A DNA stretch of 64,000 bases from Candidatus Heimdallarchaeota archaeon. GTDB taxonomy: Archaea; Asgardarchaeota; Heimdallarchaeia; Heimdallarchaeales; Heimdallarchaeaceae. The stretch lies in assembly GCA_019057815.1 (NCBI GenBank), contig JAHLWR010000016.1, positions 1 to 64,000 of the forward strand, read 5' to 3'. The position numbers and the translations under genes were made by a program. The notes under the pieces are model-generated. The model was not told the origin of the DNA and searched no databases. It saw nothing but the letters and a program-made list of their open reading frames with translations. Of this stretch, positions 31,909 to 41,887 are shown in pieces. Within the stretch, counting starts at the first letter, position 1. Each line of letters starts with the position of its first letter.

Positions 31909-32569
31909 TCGTTTTCGAGACTCAAAAGTAATTGGAAATGGTGGCTTTGTTATCAGTATATTTTACGTAATACTCGCTTTTTTGACAAGGGGATTGTTTG
32001 ATACTACAGCTCCCATTTTCAACTCTTCCTCCATTCTTTTCATACCAATTATCCTTGCTTACGTTTTAATAGGTAAGTCAGCTCACAATTTATACTTTGA
32101 TCCAAAAAAACCATGGAACAAGGGTAAAAGAATTTTTATCCTAATGATTGTTGGAGCCTTTTTACTATTAAGTGGTCAAATTATGTTCAATATTCAAGAA
32201 TTCGGAGAAATACTACCACTGGAGTATTTAGGCATAATTTTGATGATATTACATTGTTTCGTTATTGCTACAGCCTTCTATTTCCTTTATAATCAATTGA
32301 AAGAATTCTATATTGATGGTTTTATAATTAAAAATCCTAATTATATGATATCAATCGCTTACTTAATCCAGATGACGGGATATATTTTTTTCTTAATAGG
32401 ATGGTTTATCCCTCAAAATTCCGCTGGAATAATCAACATAATTGGAATAGCCATTTCTGCAGTATCAATAATTCTTATTATCGCAGGAGCTATTCCTTTG
32501 AATATATCGTTTCGAGCTTACCCTTACCTGGTGGAAAACGAATCTTTGATAACAAAGAACAATATGTGA
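31895..32569 (+). CDS. 6-TM membrane protein (paralog of neighbours); may start at ATT 31904
   Basis: TM pattern; the annotated GTG lies inside an AGGTGAT SD. Confidence 0.72.
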   Translation: MITISRFRDSKVIGNGGFVISIFYVILAFLTRGLFDTTAPIFNSSSILFIPIILAYVLIGKSAHNLYFDPKKPWNKGKRIFILMIVGAFLLLSGQIMFNIQEFGEILPLEYLGIILMILHCFVIATAFYFLYNQLKEFYIDGFIIKNPNYMISIAYLIQMTGYIFFLIGWFIPQNSAGIINIIGIAISAVSIILIIAGAIPLNISFRAYPYLVENESLITKNNM

Positions 32570-32571
32570 TG

Positions 32572-33435
32572 CTAGATCATCAATAATTTAGCTGTATCAA
32601 GGAAATCCATTATTTTTCTTTCTATTTCTATTTCTGAGTATGAAATTGCAAAAGAAACTATAAATTTGGTGTCAATATTTAACTCTTTTACAAGTGAAAA
32701 CATCAGTTTTGAGAACTCTTGTAACTTGGTTACATTAGGGTTTTCATCTAGTACTGCTATCAAAGTAATGACCAAATCTTTCTTCCTTTTCTCAATAATC
32801 GTAGTCAAAACTTCTGATATCTTCACAGCTTGTAATTTATCGTCAGGATTAAAAATAATTAGAAATCCTTCAGGTATTTCATAAAGCAAATTCGCTAAAG
32901 AGATTAAGCTGCGGGAATAATTAATAACCGAAAATTGACATTCTATTGATTCAGTTGTACTTCTGTAATCAAAGATTAAAGGTTCATAACCTCCAATATA
33001 TTGGAATTTTGGTTGAATATGCTCTTTCTCATAAAAAGGCTCTAGAACTCCTTGTACTAAGCTGTTAACACCGAAAACGGATACTTTCAGTCTTTTCATT
33101 GCTACTTCTCTAACATGACCTTTTATTCTTTTCACTAAATGTGGGTAATCTTCAACTTTCATAGGAACAAAGTCATCAGCTTGAGTGTTCACTAACCAAT
33201 CAATAAAATTAGTTTTAAGTTCTGCTTCAACATCTACAGTAAGTTCAGGAGTGATGTAGAGTCTATTTGCTCTAAGTACAAGTCCATATGCCATTGGAAG
33301 AGATTTGATGAAAAACGAAAACTCGTATGAATCGATATTAAGTATTGTACAAAACGACTCGAATTCCCAAACATTTTTCTTTTGGATTAACTCGAAGAAG
33401 TGATTAGCACGTAGATTCTCTTTTTCATCACTCAT
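32572..33435 (-). CDS. winged-helix-like N-domain plus Rab-fold pseudo-GTPase
   Basis: LKVSVFG, YIGGYEP, IECQFSV, LLYEIPEGFLIIFNPDD, VITLIAV follow Rab topology without G motifs. Confidence 0.55.
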   Translation of the reverse strand: MSDEKENLRANHFFELIQKKNVWEFESFCTILNIDSYEFSFFIKSLPMAYGLVLRANRLYITPELTVDVEAELKTNFIDWLVNTQADDFVPMKVEDYPHLVKRIKGHVREVAMKRLKVSVFGVNSLVQGVLEPFYEKEHIQPKFQYIGGYEPLIFDYRSTTESIECQFSVINYSRSLISLANLLYEIPEGFLIIFNPDDKLQAVKISEVLTTIIEKRKKDLVITLIAVLDENPNVTKLQEFSKLMFSLVKELNIDTKFIVSFAISYSEIEIERKIMDFLDTAKLLMI

Positions 33436-33630
33436 CAAACAATAACTTAAGTGATAATATAAATACTTTTTACTTTGAGTAATCATGTACTGGAACGTTA
33501 CTTATACTAGAAGTTGAGAAATAAGAAAAAATCTCTTTGCACACAGAGAAGGAGAGAGAATATGCTTTTTTGAGCTAACCTCAAAGTTTTATATATATGG
33601 TTCTTCCTCAACTCAAAAAGTGAAATCAGT

Positions 33631-34533
33631 ATGGTGTTCTTTACCTTTACTTGGGGTATAGGTTTATCTTTGGTAGCTTTTGGTCTAGTTATTGGAGCTA
33701 TAGCACCTACTTTCGGAATTGGTGGAGGTCTTTTAGCTGTCCCGATACTTATACTAGTTTATGATTTAGATGGAAATGTAGCAACTGCAACTTCGTTAGG
33801 AGTAATAATTTTTACCTCTATGAGCGGTACAATTGCTTATTTTAGAGAAAAGAGAATAGATTTTAGAATCGCTCTTTCATTTATGGTTTTTGCAATACCA
33901 GGGGCTACATCTGGTGCTTTTCTTGCCAAATTTCTAAAGGATGAAGAAATTAAAGTTGATGTTTTTCAAATTGTTTTTGCTATTACAATGTTATTGATAT
34001 CTATTTATAAAATTGTTACGATAATTATTAACAAAAGAAAGAATTCTAATCATCATAATGAGGAAATAATAGAAAAATCTTCTAATGATAATAAACCTTG
34101 GTGGAAACAAAACAAACTATATCGTCATTTTTCGGACAAGAGAGGAGTAGAATTTAGGTATGAAGCTAAGTTATTACCTGGAATAATAATAGCAACTATT
34201 GGAGCGTTTTTGGGAGCTATGCTGGGATTAGGAGGAGGAATTATATATGTTCCAATCTTGACTATGGCTTTAGGTGTTCCAGTTGCAATTGCAGCTGCTA
34301 CATCAACATTAACAATATTTGCTATTACACCAATATCTGTTTTAATAAGAAGAGCTTCAATTCTATGGGATTATGTTTTTTGCATAGCGTTAGGCACGAT
34401 TATAACCTCAAATATAGTGCCAAGATTCTTATATAAAATCAAATCAAAATCGATTCTTACAGGTTTTTGGATTTTAGCCATGGGAGCTGCTATTCGCTTG
34501 TTAATCAAAGTTCTAACTGGAATCGATGTTTGA
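33631..34533 (+). CDS. tauE: sulfite exporter TauE/SafE family
   Basis: two G(I/L)GGGxxxVP repeats, ATATSL, ~8 TM. Confidence 0.9.
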   Translation: MVFFTFTWGIGLSLVAFGLVIGAIAPTFGIGGGLLAVPILILVYDLDGNVATATSLGVIIFTSMSGTIAYFREKRIDFRIALSFMVFAIPGATSGAFLAKFLKDEEIKVDVFQIVFAITMLLISIYKIVTIIINKRKNSNHHNEEIIEKSSNDNKPWWKQNKLYRHFSDKRGVEFRYEAKLLPGIIIATIGAFLGAMLGLGGGIIYVPILTMALGVPVAIAAATSTLTIFAITPISVLIRRASILWDYVFCIALGTIITSNIVPRFLYKIKSKSILTGFWILAMGAAIRLLIKVLTGIDV

Positions 34534-34543
34534 TTTTCCTTTT

Positions 34544-35866
34544 TTATTCTATTATTTGTACTATTGCTGTAGACTTTTCTAGCAATTTTTCCGTAATATC
34601 GAGTGGATGCCCTTTATTATTGTAAACAACACAAATCTTACACTTGTACCGCTTTTCAAACTCTTCTTTTTCTATATTCTCTTGAATCGATATTAAGGAA
34701 TAGGAGTAAGCTCCTTTTGTATATGTTAGTGTTTGATTAAAAGCTGCATTTTGCCATTTTTGTTCTATTATGTCTAGTATTTTTAGACTTGAATCTCCTT
34801 CACCATAAGGATTTTCAATTTTCTCGAAAATTTGTTGAATTTCTACATCAACTAATGTTTGTTTTACTGTTTCAGAAATAATTTCACCTTTAGCCGGAAC
34901 TAAGAAATTAACTCCATTTTCAACAGTTTCTGGTCGTTCAGTGTTTGGCCTAATAGTTACACATGGCTTTTTTAAGATTAAAGCTTCTTCTTGTAAACCT
35001 CCAGAATCAGTTAAAATCAACTTACATTTTTGATCTGATAAAATTTTCAGAATAGAAAGATAATCTACTGAAGAAAAAACAGAGAGATTGGTTATTGAGG
35101 TTAACCTTTTATAACAATTGATTTCTTGTATTTTTTTCAGTGTTCTGGGATGTGCAAAAAACACAATTTCAATACCATTGAGTGATTCGAAGGCTTTTAT
35201 TATTTCCACTAAATTTTCTGGATTCTCAACATTTGAAATTCTGTGAATAGTGCATAAGATATAATCATCTTTTATTTTCTCTTTGATTTGAGTAATATAA
35301 TGAGAATCATAGTGCTTGAGATTTTTTGAAAATACTTTTACAGCATCGACAATTGTATTTCCTGTAAGAAATATTCTGTCAGAATCAATTTTCTCGTGTA
35401 AAAGATTAATTACAGCTCTTTTTGAGGGTGCAAATAGAAATGACGACACTCCATCAACAAGCCTTCTGTTTCTCTCTTCTGGCATGGTGTTATCAAATGA
35501 TCTTAATCCTGCTTCTATATGTCCAAAAGGGATATTATTTACTGAACAAGCCAAGCAACAAGCTAAAACACTGTTTGTATCACCTGCTGCTATGACCATA
35601 TCAGGTTTGTTTTTTCTTAATATCAGTCCTAATTGCGAAATCATCTCTCCAAGCTGTATATCGGAGTCTGTAGTATTGGTAGTCAGATTAATATTGGGTT
35701 TTGGAATTCCTAGATTTTGAATAATCAGCCCTGACATCTCTTCATCGTAATGTTGTCCTGTATGAATAATTGTTAAATTGATTTTACGCCTTTTAGCTTC
35801 TAAAATCACTGGGGCTAGTTTAATTATTTCAGGTCGTGTTCCAAAAACAGCGGTTAATTTAAGCAT
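34544..35866 (-). CDS. wecB: UDP-N-acetylglucosamine 2-epimerase (non-hydrolysing)
   Basis: GTRPEIIK, HTGQHYD, GDT, HIEAGLRS, PEE.NR, TDSGGLQEE, TERPE. Confidence 0.95.
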   Translation of the reverse strand: MLKLTAVFGTRPEIIKLAPVILEAKRRKINLTIIHTGQHYDEEMSGLIIQNLGIPKPNINLTTNTTDSDIQLGEMISQLGLILRKNKPDMVIAAGDTNSVLACCLACSVNNIPFGHIEAGLRSFDNTMPEERNRRLVDGVSSFLFAPSKRAVINLLHEKIDSDRIFLTGNTIVDAVKVFSKNLKHYDSHYITQIKEKIKDDYILCTIHRISNVENPENLVEIIKAFESLNGIEIVFFAHPRTLKKIQEINCYKRLTSITNLSVFSSVDYLSILKILSDQKCKLILTDSGGLQEEALILKKPCVTIRPNTERPETVENGVNFLVPAKGEIISETVKQTLVDVEIQQIFEKIENPYGEGDSSLKILDIIEQKWQNAAFNQTLTYTKGAYSYSLISIQENIEKEEFEKRYKCKICVVYNNKGHPLDITEKLLEKSTAIVQIIE

Positions 35867-35911
35867 TATATATACTAGAAAGTGTTTATTATTTTAAGTA
35901 TTAGTGTCTAA

Positions 35912-37012
35912 TCAAGCTAATAAGTAGAAATTATTATCCAAAAGTGATATAATATGATCAAGTTGTTCTTGATTTGGCATAATATTGGGTTTGAGTTCCT
36001 CCAAATAATTATCCAATGCTTTTAAAACGTCTGAAGATGTCCTTTCTAATCTCTTGCTAGAAATCTTTGTTTGTAAAATCATAAAAACTTTTTCACCAGC
36101 ATAGAAGTTCAAAGAAGATGAAGTCGTTTTAAGTTCTTTAAACTGCTCGTCTTTAGAAGAAGCAATATAATCATGTACAAAATGAAAAATCCCAGAAAGG
36201 TAACCAGAAGCAGCAATGATTTTTTCTTCATAGTCAATTTTTGTTCTTGCCAGAGGTGAATAACCAACAAGTGGATTACCTTCTTTATCTACAACTAATA
36301 TAGTTTGAATTCCATGGGATATGGATTGAGCCAAGTAGAATGCAACTGTGATAAGTACTGCAACAGTATATAAATTATCAATTAGTATAAAAGATAGAAG
36401 ATAAGAATCAGTTAGTTCTTTTATCATCTCTCTTCGGACTATAACTAGCCCTCCGAATCCAATCAACATTATAATTAACAGCAAAGTTATATTTCTTTTA
36501 TTCTTCAGACGTTTATCGTTTGTTATTGATGCTGAACGTACATATCTAACAAAAAGAGGAGCTAATAAAAAAGCGCTAACTACAATAAAAAGACCATAAA
36601 TCAAACCATAAATATCACTAGGAATGAAAGAATAAATTCTAATTGAAATATCCTTGTATAATTGAATCATAGAATCTAAAGGTATGAGGATAAAATACAC
36701 AGCTAGCATGTAAAGTGAAATAGCTAAAATCCTTGAAGCCTTAGATGAGAGAATCATTGCTTGTTCTAAACATGCAGCGAAAAGAAGAATAATTGCTAGT
36801 GCTTGCATTGCTTGAAGAGCTCTATATAGCCATAATTCATTGTATAAATATTCAAGCGCATCAAATAAATCAAAAACACCATAAACAAATAAAAAAGCTA
36901 CCCAAAGACCATAAAAGGGACTCTGTCTCTTTCTACCAATAATTGCAATAATGAGCCCTCCTACCATTAAAGCAGCTGCAGAAGAACATTTCAGAATTAT
37001 ATAATTACTCAT
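35912..37012 (-). CDS. 7-TM membrane protein with C-terminal longin/roadblock-like domain
   Basis: ~7 hydrophobic helices, then IQTILVVDKEGNPLV...SGYLSGIFHFV; ATG at 37012 preferred. Confidence 0.65.
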   Translation of the reverse strand: MSNYIILKCSSAAALMVGGLIIAIIGRKRQSPFYGLWVAFLFVYGVFDLFDALEYLYNELWLYRALQAMQALAIILLFAACLEQAMILSSKASRILAISLYMLAVYFILIPLDSMIQLYKDISIRIYSFIPSDIYGLIYGLFIVVSAFLLAPLFVRYVRSASITNDKRLKNKRNITLLLIIMLIGFGGLVIVRREMIKELTDSYLLSFILIDNLYTVAVLITVAFYLAQSISHGIQTILVVDKEGNPLVGYSPLARTKIDYEEKIIAASGYLSGIFHFVHDYIASSKDEQFKELKTTSSSLNFYAGEKVFMILQTKISSKRLERTSSDVLKALDNYLEELKPNIMPNQEQLDHIISLLDNNFYLLA

Positions 37013-37096
37013 GATTACCCCAGATAACCACCTATTACAGTTAAACATATAATCAATGCATATTTAAAAATTTATCCGAAATTGTAATCATCACTC

Positions 37097-38469
37097 TATG
37101 ATTTGATTCTGTCTTACAGTCATATTAACAGAAACTTACTTAGAGCATCATGGCTTGGAAGCTCACTCTAAGGGGGTAAATCACGTACCCTCCTACCCCG
37201 CCCACACTTCGTGGAGGAAGTGCTTGCGGATCGCTTTTGACAAGAATATTATAAGCCGCATTAACATCAGCGTTGATAAATTGACCTAGAGATGAACGAA
37301 ATAAACCTCGTTTTACTCTTTTTCCAAGGTAGTTAGAATGATGACAGATGGGTTCATTATCAAGGAAACTGCATTTGGAAGTGTGACTCTCATCTATGAG
37401 TTCAACCTTTATACCTCGTTCAGATGCCTTGTAAGTCAGTAAACCGATGAGGTGGTGAAAGGGGATAATAACAAAGAGTTGAGTGGTTTTTCTACGTAAT
37501 CGTACATGCTGTTTCCATCTGGGATTATACCCTATTACAATAGTGTGAAGACCCTTTTCTACCCACAAATCGACAAGAAACTTGCTTAGTTTATGAAAGA
37601 CATCTTTCATCTTCAATCTCCATCGTTCTCGAGCGTGATAATATGCTCGTCCATAGATCAATCTGTTCTTCTGTTTCAATTCATTTCTCTGCTGTTGTGA
37701 ATACTGTTTCTGTAACTTACTTATTTTTTTCAAATAATATTGTGTGATACTTTTTACTCCTCTCCCCTCGTCCTTGACAATAATCGGTCTGTTGCCGATA
37801 TTGTCCACAAAGGTAACGAGGTTAGTTAACCCTAAATCCAAGGCTCCTTTTCTTCTAGGATCCTTCTTTTTTGGTTTAGGGAGGTTTCTGTTATAAACAA
37901 TCTCTACAGTATAGCCTATTCCCCGAGGAACGATTCTTACTTCTCGAAGCTTATGTCTAGCATCTAGTCTAGTTTTAAGAGCGAATCCTACCTTTTTAGG
38001 TAGTATAAGCCATCCATTAACTATCCTTGCTTGTTGGTTGCTGATAATAGCAACATATTCTCCATTTACTGGTTTATACCGTGGAGAATGAGGAAAACCA
38101 AGGAACTTCTCAGGGTGTTTTTTCCACTCTTTCCTTGCTAGAAAACATGCTTTCCAGTTTCTCGTTAAAAGTTTGAGCGTGTGTTGTGCTGTATGAGCAG
38201 GAAGGAGTTTATAACATTCTTCTGTTTTGAGGGTTTTGTCTAAATCATAGTACGAGAGGAAAATCTTCCTTTGCTGTCTTTGTTTGACAATGTAGTTGGC
38301 TCGGTTATAGAGATTCTTCACTTGATGGCAGAGGAAACCTAAAGCTTGATTTTTTCTTACCTCCATCACTTCCGTTCTTGTTATAACTGCCATCGTACAC
38401 TATTCTTTATTTCCCTATTTAAACTCAGAAAAAAACACTAATATGACTATATGACAAAAACAATTCATA
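37097..38469 (-). mobile_element. non-autonomous tnpB element (IS607-like?) bounded by imperfect inverted repeats
   Basis: 37097-37127 vs reverse complement of 38439-38469 match at 26/31; tnpB is the only ORF inside; visibly more GC-rich than flanks. Confidence 0.65.
37140..38393 (-). CDS. tnpB: TnpB RNA-guided endonuclease (rearranged RuvC-II clade)
   Basis: KNLYNRANY, ALDLGLTN, IVIGYN, DESHTSKCS, RVKRGLF, INADVNAAYNI. Confidence 0.92.
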   Translation of the reverse strand: MAVITRTEVMEVRKNQALGFLCHQVKNLYNRANYIVKQRQQRKIFLSYYDLDKTLKTEECYKLLPAHTAQHTLKLLTRNWKACFLARKEWKKHPEKFLGFPHSPRYKPVNGEYVAIISNQQARIVNGWLILPKKVGFALKTRLDARHKLREVRIVPRGIGYTVEIVYNRNLPKPKKKDPRRKGALDLGLTNLVTFVDNIGNRPIIVKDEGRGVKSITQYYLKKISKLQKQYSQQQRNELKQKNRLIYGRAYYHARERWRLKMKDVFHKLSKFLVDLWVEKGLHTIVIGYNPRWKQHVRLRRKTTQLFVIIPFHHLIGLLTYKASERGIKVELIDESHTSKCSFLDNEPICHHSNYLGKRVKRGLFRSSLGQFINADVNAAYNILVKSDPQALPPRSVGGVGGYVIYPLRVSFQAMML

Positions 38470-40102
38470 ATTCTTCTGGTCCCCATATTTTTGAGACCCT
38501 CTTCGATTTTCTAGCTGTAATTGTTAAATAGCCTATTACTAAAACTCCAATAACCACTGCAGACACCCAGAAAATCCATGGAGATTGGCTCTTTACTTCT
38601 TCTTTAACATTGAGTTTTACTTCAGTTGTATCATGTATCCAATCTGTGCCATCATAAACTGCAACTTTCAAATAATATGAACCAGAGTTAACAGTAGATA
38701 ATTCCCAAAAGTAAGCTCCTGCATTTGATAAATCTGAAGCAATCCGATCCCAATTATATCCATCCTCAGAAATCATAATATTACATGTCAATTGATCATT
38801 ATCTGGATCAGTTGCTACCCATCTGATGGTATAGCTTTGTATAACTTGATTGGGTTCAGATGGATTAGTAACTTTTACTTCAGGAAGCGAATTATTATAA
38901 GTTAATCTAGGTTCTGAAGCAAGATAAATTAAAGCTTCATAAATTAATTCACAATTAAACAATATCCCAGTACCTGAAGGGTTGAAGTAATCAAAATATG
39001 AACCATTAAACGGTTTTTGATAGGTCTCTAGAGTAAAACTTAGGATGTTATAAGAAGAATAACAATAATCATCCCATCCTCCAGTTGTATTATAACCTGT
39101 TTCATTCCATAAACTAAAACCTGTAATATCTTTTAAGTCTGTCAACAGAGCGTTATACTCATCTTTATCATCTATTGGTAGTGAGAGATTATAACACCAA
39201 GGTGCAATTATAGCCTTGAACCCACTATGTAGACTGACAGCTAGATTAAATGAATGTCCTTTCATAAAATCTCTTAACGCTTGTGTTTCAAGTTCACTAA
39301 AGGGTGTTTCTCCTCTGTATAATTCACTATTTTTGTCGTTAGAAGAACCTAATCCATCCCAAAAAACGGGATAATTTCTGTTTAGATCAGTTCCTCCTGG
39401 AAGGTCTTCTGCAATATCACCATCATGATCTAAATCCTTTTCAACAAAATAGGATGTGTTCTGTTCACTATCCCAGAAGTACATCCTTTCTTCTTCATCA
39501 AATAAACTACCATCTTCATCATCGTCAATCGGATTCATGTTCTTCCTTTGTTCAGGAAATTTATGAATAATAGATACACCATCAGGATTTAACATAGGGA
39601 TGATGTAAATTTCAGTATTTGCCAGAAGATCACTGTAATTAGCAAAATTGATTTGATTATAAATGAGGTTATCGATAAAATAGAGAGCGTTTTCAACCGT
39701 AATTAACTCTCTAGCATGATGAGCTGCAACTATGTAAAATTCTGTTTTCGCAGAAGTAATTGTCTCATTTGTAATCTTTACACACCATAGTTCTCTATCT
39801 TGCCAAGATTTTCCAATAGAAAAAACATCCACTAAATATGGAAAATTAGAATTTAAATTCATCAACTTGTCTGTCATTTCAGTATAGTTATGATATGGAC
39901 CGATATTTTCTCCCCAGAATACTACATCCTCTCCATTGATATCCCCTGGAGGATTAGATAGTTCTTCCCAAATCCAAAAGTAACCATTTTCCTGTCTTTT
40001 TGATGGTGTAAAAATATAAGCTGATTCTGTTATTTGTAGAACTTGAAGATTAGTAAGTAATATAATGACTGTAAAAACTAAAATCTTCTGTTTTTTGCTC
40101 AT
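38465..40102 (-). CDS. secreted, membrane-anchored M14 zinc carboxypeptidase
   Basis: HHARE, NPDG, RKN, DLNRNY, SELET, LHS, TLE; signal peptide, Ig-like domain, C-terminal TM. Confidence 0.9.
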   Translation of the reverse strand: MSKKQKILVFTVIILLTNLQVLQITESAYIFTPSKRQENGYFWIWEELSNPPGDINGEDVVFWGENIGPYHNYTEMTDKLMNLNSNFPYLVDVFSIGKSWQDRELWCVKITNETITSAKTEFYIVAAHHARELITVENALYFIDNLIYNQINFANYSDLLANTEIYIIPMLNPDGVSIIHKFPEQRKNMNPIDDDEDGSLFDEEERMYFWDSEQNTSYFVEKDLDHDGDIAEDLPGGTDLNRNYPVFWDGLGSSNDKNSELYRGETPFSELETQALRDFMKGHSFNLAVSLHSGFKAIIAPWCYNLSLPIDDKDEYNALLTDLKDITGFSLWNETGYNTTGGWDDYCYSSYNILSFTLETYQKPFNGSYFDYFNPSGTGILFNCELIYEALIYLASEPRLTYNNSLPEVKVTNPSEPNQVIQSYTIRWVATDPDNDQLTCNIMISEDGYNWDRIASDLSNAGAYFWELSTVNSGSYYLKVAVYDGTDWIHDTTEVKLNVKEEVKSQSPWIFWVSAVVIGVLVIGYLTITARKSKRVSKIWGPEEL

Positions 40103-40179
40103 TAAGAATGGAAGATTATGAGAACTTAAAAATATTCACACTAAAGCCTACATTTTGAAGAAAGACAAAACTTAATAAC

Positions 40180-40204
40180 GGTTATGCACGATTATGCAAC
40201 AACC
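40180..40204 (+). promoter_or_regulatory. putative operator of the sulfur-relay operon
   Basis: GGTTATGCACGATTATGCAACAACC: TTATGCA repeated at 10-bp spacing inside an imperfect palindrome, just after TTAATAA. Confidence 0.45.
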
Positions 40205-40230
40205 TATAATAACCAAAGTAGGCGTATGAA

Positions 40231-40470
40231 ATGGTAGATTACGAAATATCAATTTCTATAGATGCTAGGGGTAGTTTTTGCCCAGGCCCAATGATGGAGC
40301 TAATCAAAGCTATTAGACAATCTGAAGTAGGGGACTTTGTTGAAGTACTGAGTAGTGATGAAGGATCATTACAGGATATTCCTGCATGGATTGCTAAGGC
40401 TAAACATGAACTGATTGATACAGTGAAAAAAGCGGACTTCAATCGATTTATTGTTAAAAAAACTTGGTAG
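40231..40470 (+). CDS. tusA: TusA family sulfur carrier
   Basis: IDARGSFCPGP, D.G...DIPAW. Confidence 0.92.
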   Translation: MVDYEISISIDARGSFCPGPMMELIKAIRQSEVGDFVEVLSSDEGSLQDIPAWIAKAKHELIDTVKKADFNRFIVKKTW

Positions 40471-40478
40471 GTACTGAA

Positions 40479-41624
40479 ATGCCAATAGCAGTAATACTTG
40501 GAGGAGGTTTTGCTGGCCTTACAATTGCAAACAAACTAGCAATAAAGCTAAAAAAAAGAAAAGAAGTCGAAATAGTACTAATAGAACCAGCTGATTCTCA
40601 TCTTTATGAGCCTGGTTTGCTCTACTATCCTTTTAATGATAAACCATTGTCAAAGCTAGAGAAACCTATTTCTAAAATACTTCGTAAGAATGTTAAGCAC
40701 ATAAAGCAGAAAGCTATTAAAATTGACTATGAGAACAAGAAAATAACTCTAGAAGATGGTGAAGTGATTGATTACAACTGTTTGGTTATGGCAACAGGTG
40801 TTGATCTAAAAGAAGAAAGGCTTGGTCTAACTGATAAGGATAATGTTCATCATTTTTATTCAGCAGAAGCGACTTTAAAAATAAGAGAAGCTTTGAAGAA
40901 TTTCAAAGGTGGGAATATTGTTATTTCACCATCCACAGTACCCTATAAATGTCCACCTGCACCGATTGAATTTGCTTTTCTGTTAGATGAATATCTACGT
41001 AGAAAAAAAATAAGAGACAAAACTAACATCAAATTCCTATATCCTTTACCACGTCCTTTCAACATTCGAGTAGTTGCAGCTAAAATACTGAAACTTTTCG
41101 AGAAAAAAGACATAGAATTTGAACCATTCTTCAATTATGATAAAATTGATACAGAGAACAAGAAAATTCTCTCTTTTGAGGGTGATGAAGCTTCTTATGA
41201 TCTTTTAGTGATAATCCCTCCTCATGAAGGGCAAGATATTATCAAAGATTCTGGATTAGGAGATAAAGAAGGATTCGTACTTACAGACAGAGAAACTTTG
41301 CAAGTTGAAGGACAAAAGAGTATTTACGCTGTTGGTGATTGCACAAATATTCCAGTATCAAAAGCTGGTACAGTTGCTCATTTCGCTGCAGATGTCATAG
41401 TAAAGAATATGATATCGAAAATAGATAATAAAGAACCAACTGCGCGTTATGACGGTAAAACACTTTGTTTTCTAGTTACTAGCTCAAGTAAATCATTCTT
41501 ATTGGATTTTTCATTTAAGAAAGAACCTAGAAAGATTGGTTTGCATTCCTGGCGCATTTATGGGATTATGAAAAAACTATTTCAATACTTTTACTTTGGT
41601 GGTCTAATTACAGGTAGAATTTAG
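40479..41624 (+). CDS. sqr: sulfide:quinone oxidoreductase (type III-like)
   Basis: GGGFAG, ATG, YKCPPAP, VGD, SKAG, GKTLCF. Confidence 0.87.
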   Translation: MPIAVILGGGFAGLTIANKLAIKLKKRKEVEIVLIEPADSHLYEPGLLYYPFNDKPLSKLEKPISKILRKNVKHIKQKAIKIDYENKKITLEDGEVIDYNCLVMATGVDLKEERLGLTDKDNVHHFYSAEATLKIREALKNFKGGNIVISPSTVPYKCPPAPIEFAFLLDEYLRRKKIRDKTNIKFLYPLPRPFNIRVVAAKILKLFEKKDIEFEPFFNYDKIDTENKKILSFEGDEASYDLLVIIPPHEGQDIIKDSGLGDKEGFVLTDRETLQVEGQKSIYAVGDCTNIPVSKAGTVAHFAADVIVKNMISKIDNKEPTARYDGKTLCFLVTSSSKSFLLDFSFKKEPRKIGLHSWRIYGIMKKLFQYFYFGGLITGRI

Positions 41625-41633
41625 GTGATTAAA

Positions 41634-41873
41634 ATGATGGATTACACAATAACAAAAACTCTTGATGTTAAAAAACTCAATTGCCCTTTTCCTATTCTCA
41701 AAACAAAGAAAGCAATAAATGATATTGAGATAGGAGAGTATCTAGAAGTTTTAGCCACTGATCCAGGATCAGTTTCAGATTTTCAAGCTTGGTGTAATTC
41801 TACAAGTCATGAACTTGTGGAATCATCTCAGGAAAATGGAATTTTTAGGTACATTATAAAGAAAACTAAATAA
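41634..41873 (+). CDS. tusA: TusA family sulfur carrier
   Basis: LDVKKLNCPFP, TDPGS..DF.AW; AGGTGAT SD before ATG at 41634. Confidence 0.92.
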   Translation: MMDYTITKTLDVKKLNCPFPILKTKKAINDIEIGEYLEVLATDPGSVSDFQAWCNSTSHELVESSQENGIFRYIIKKTK

Positions 41874-41887
41874 AAAGAGGTATAAAA

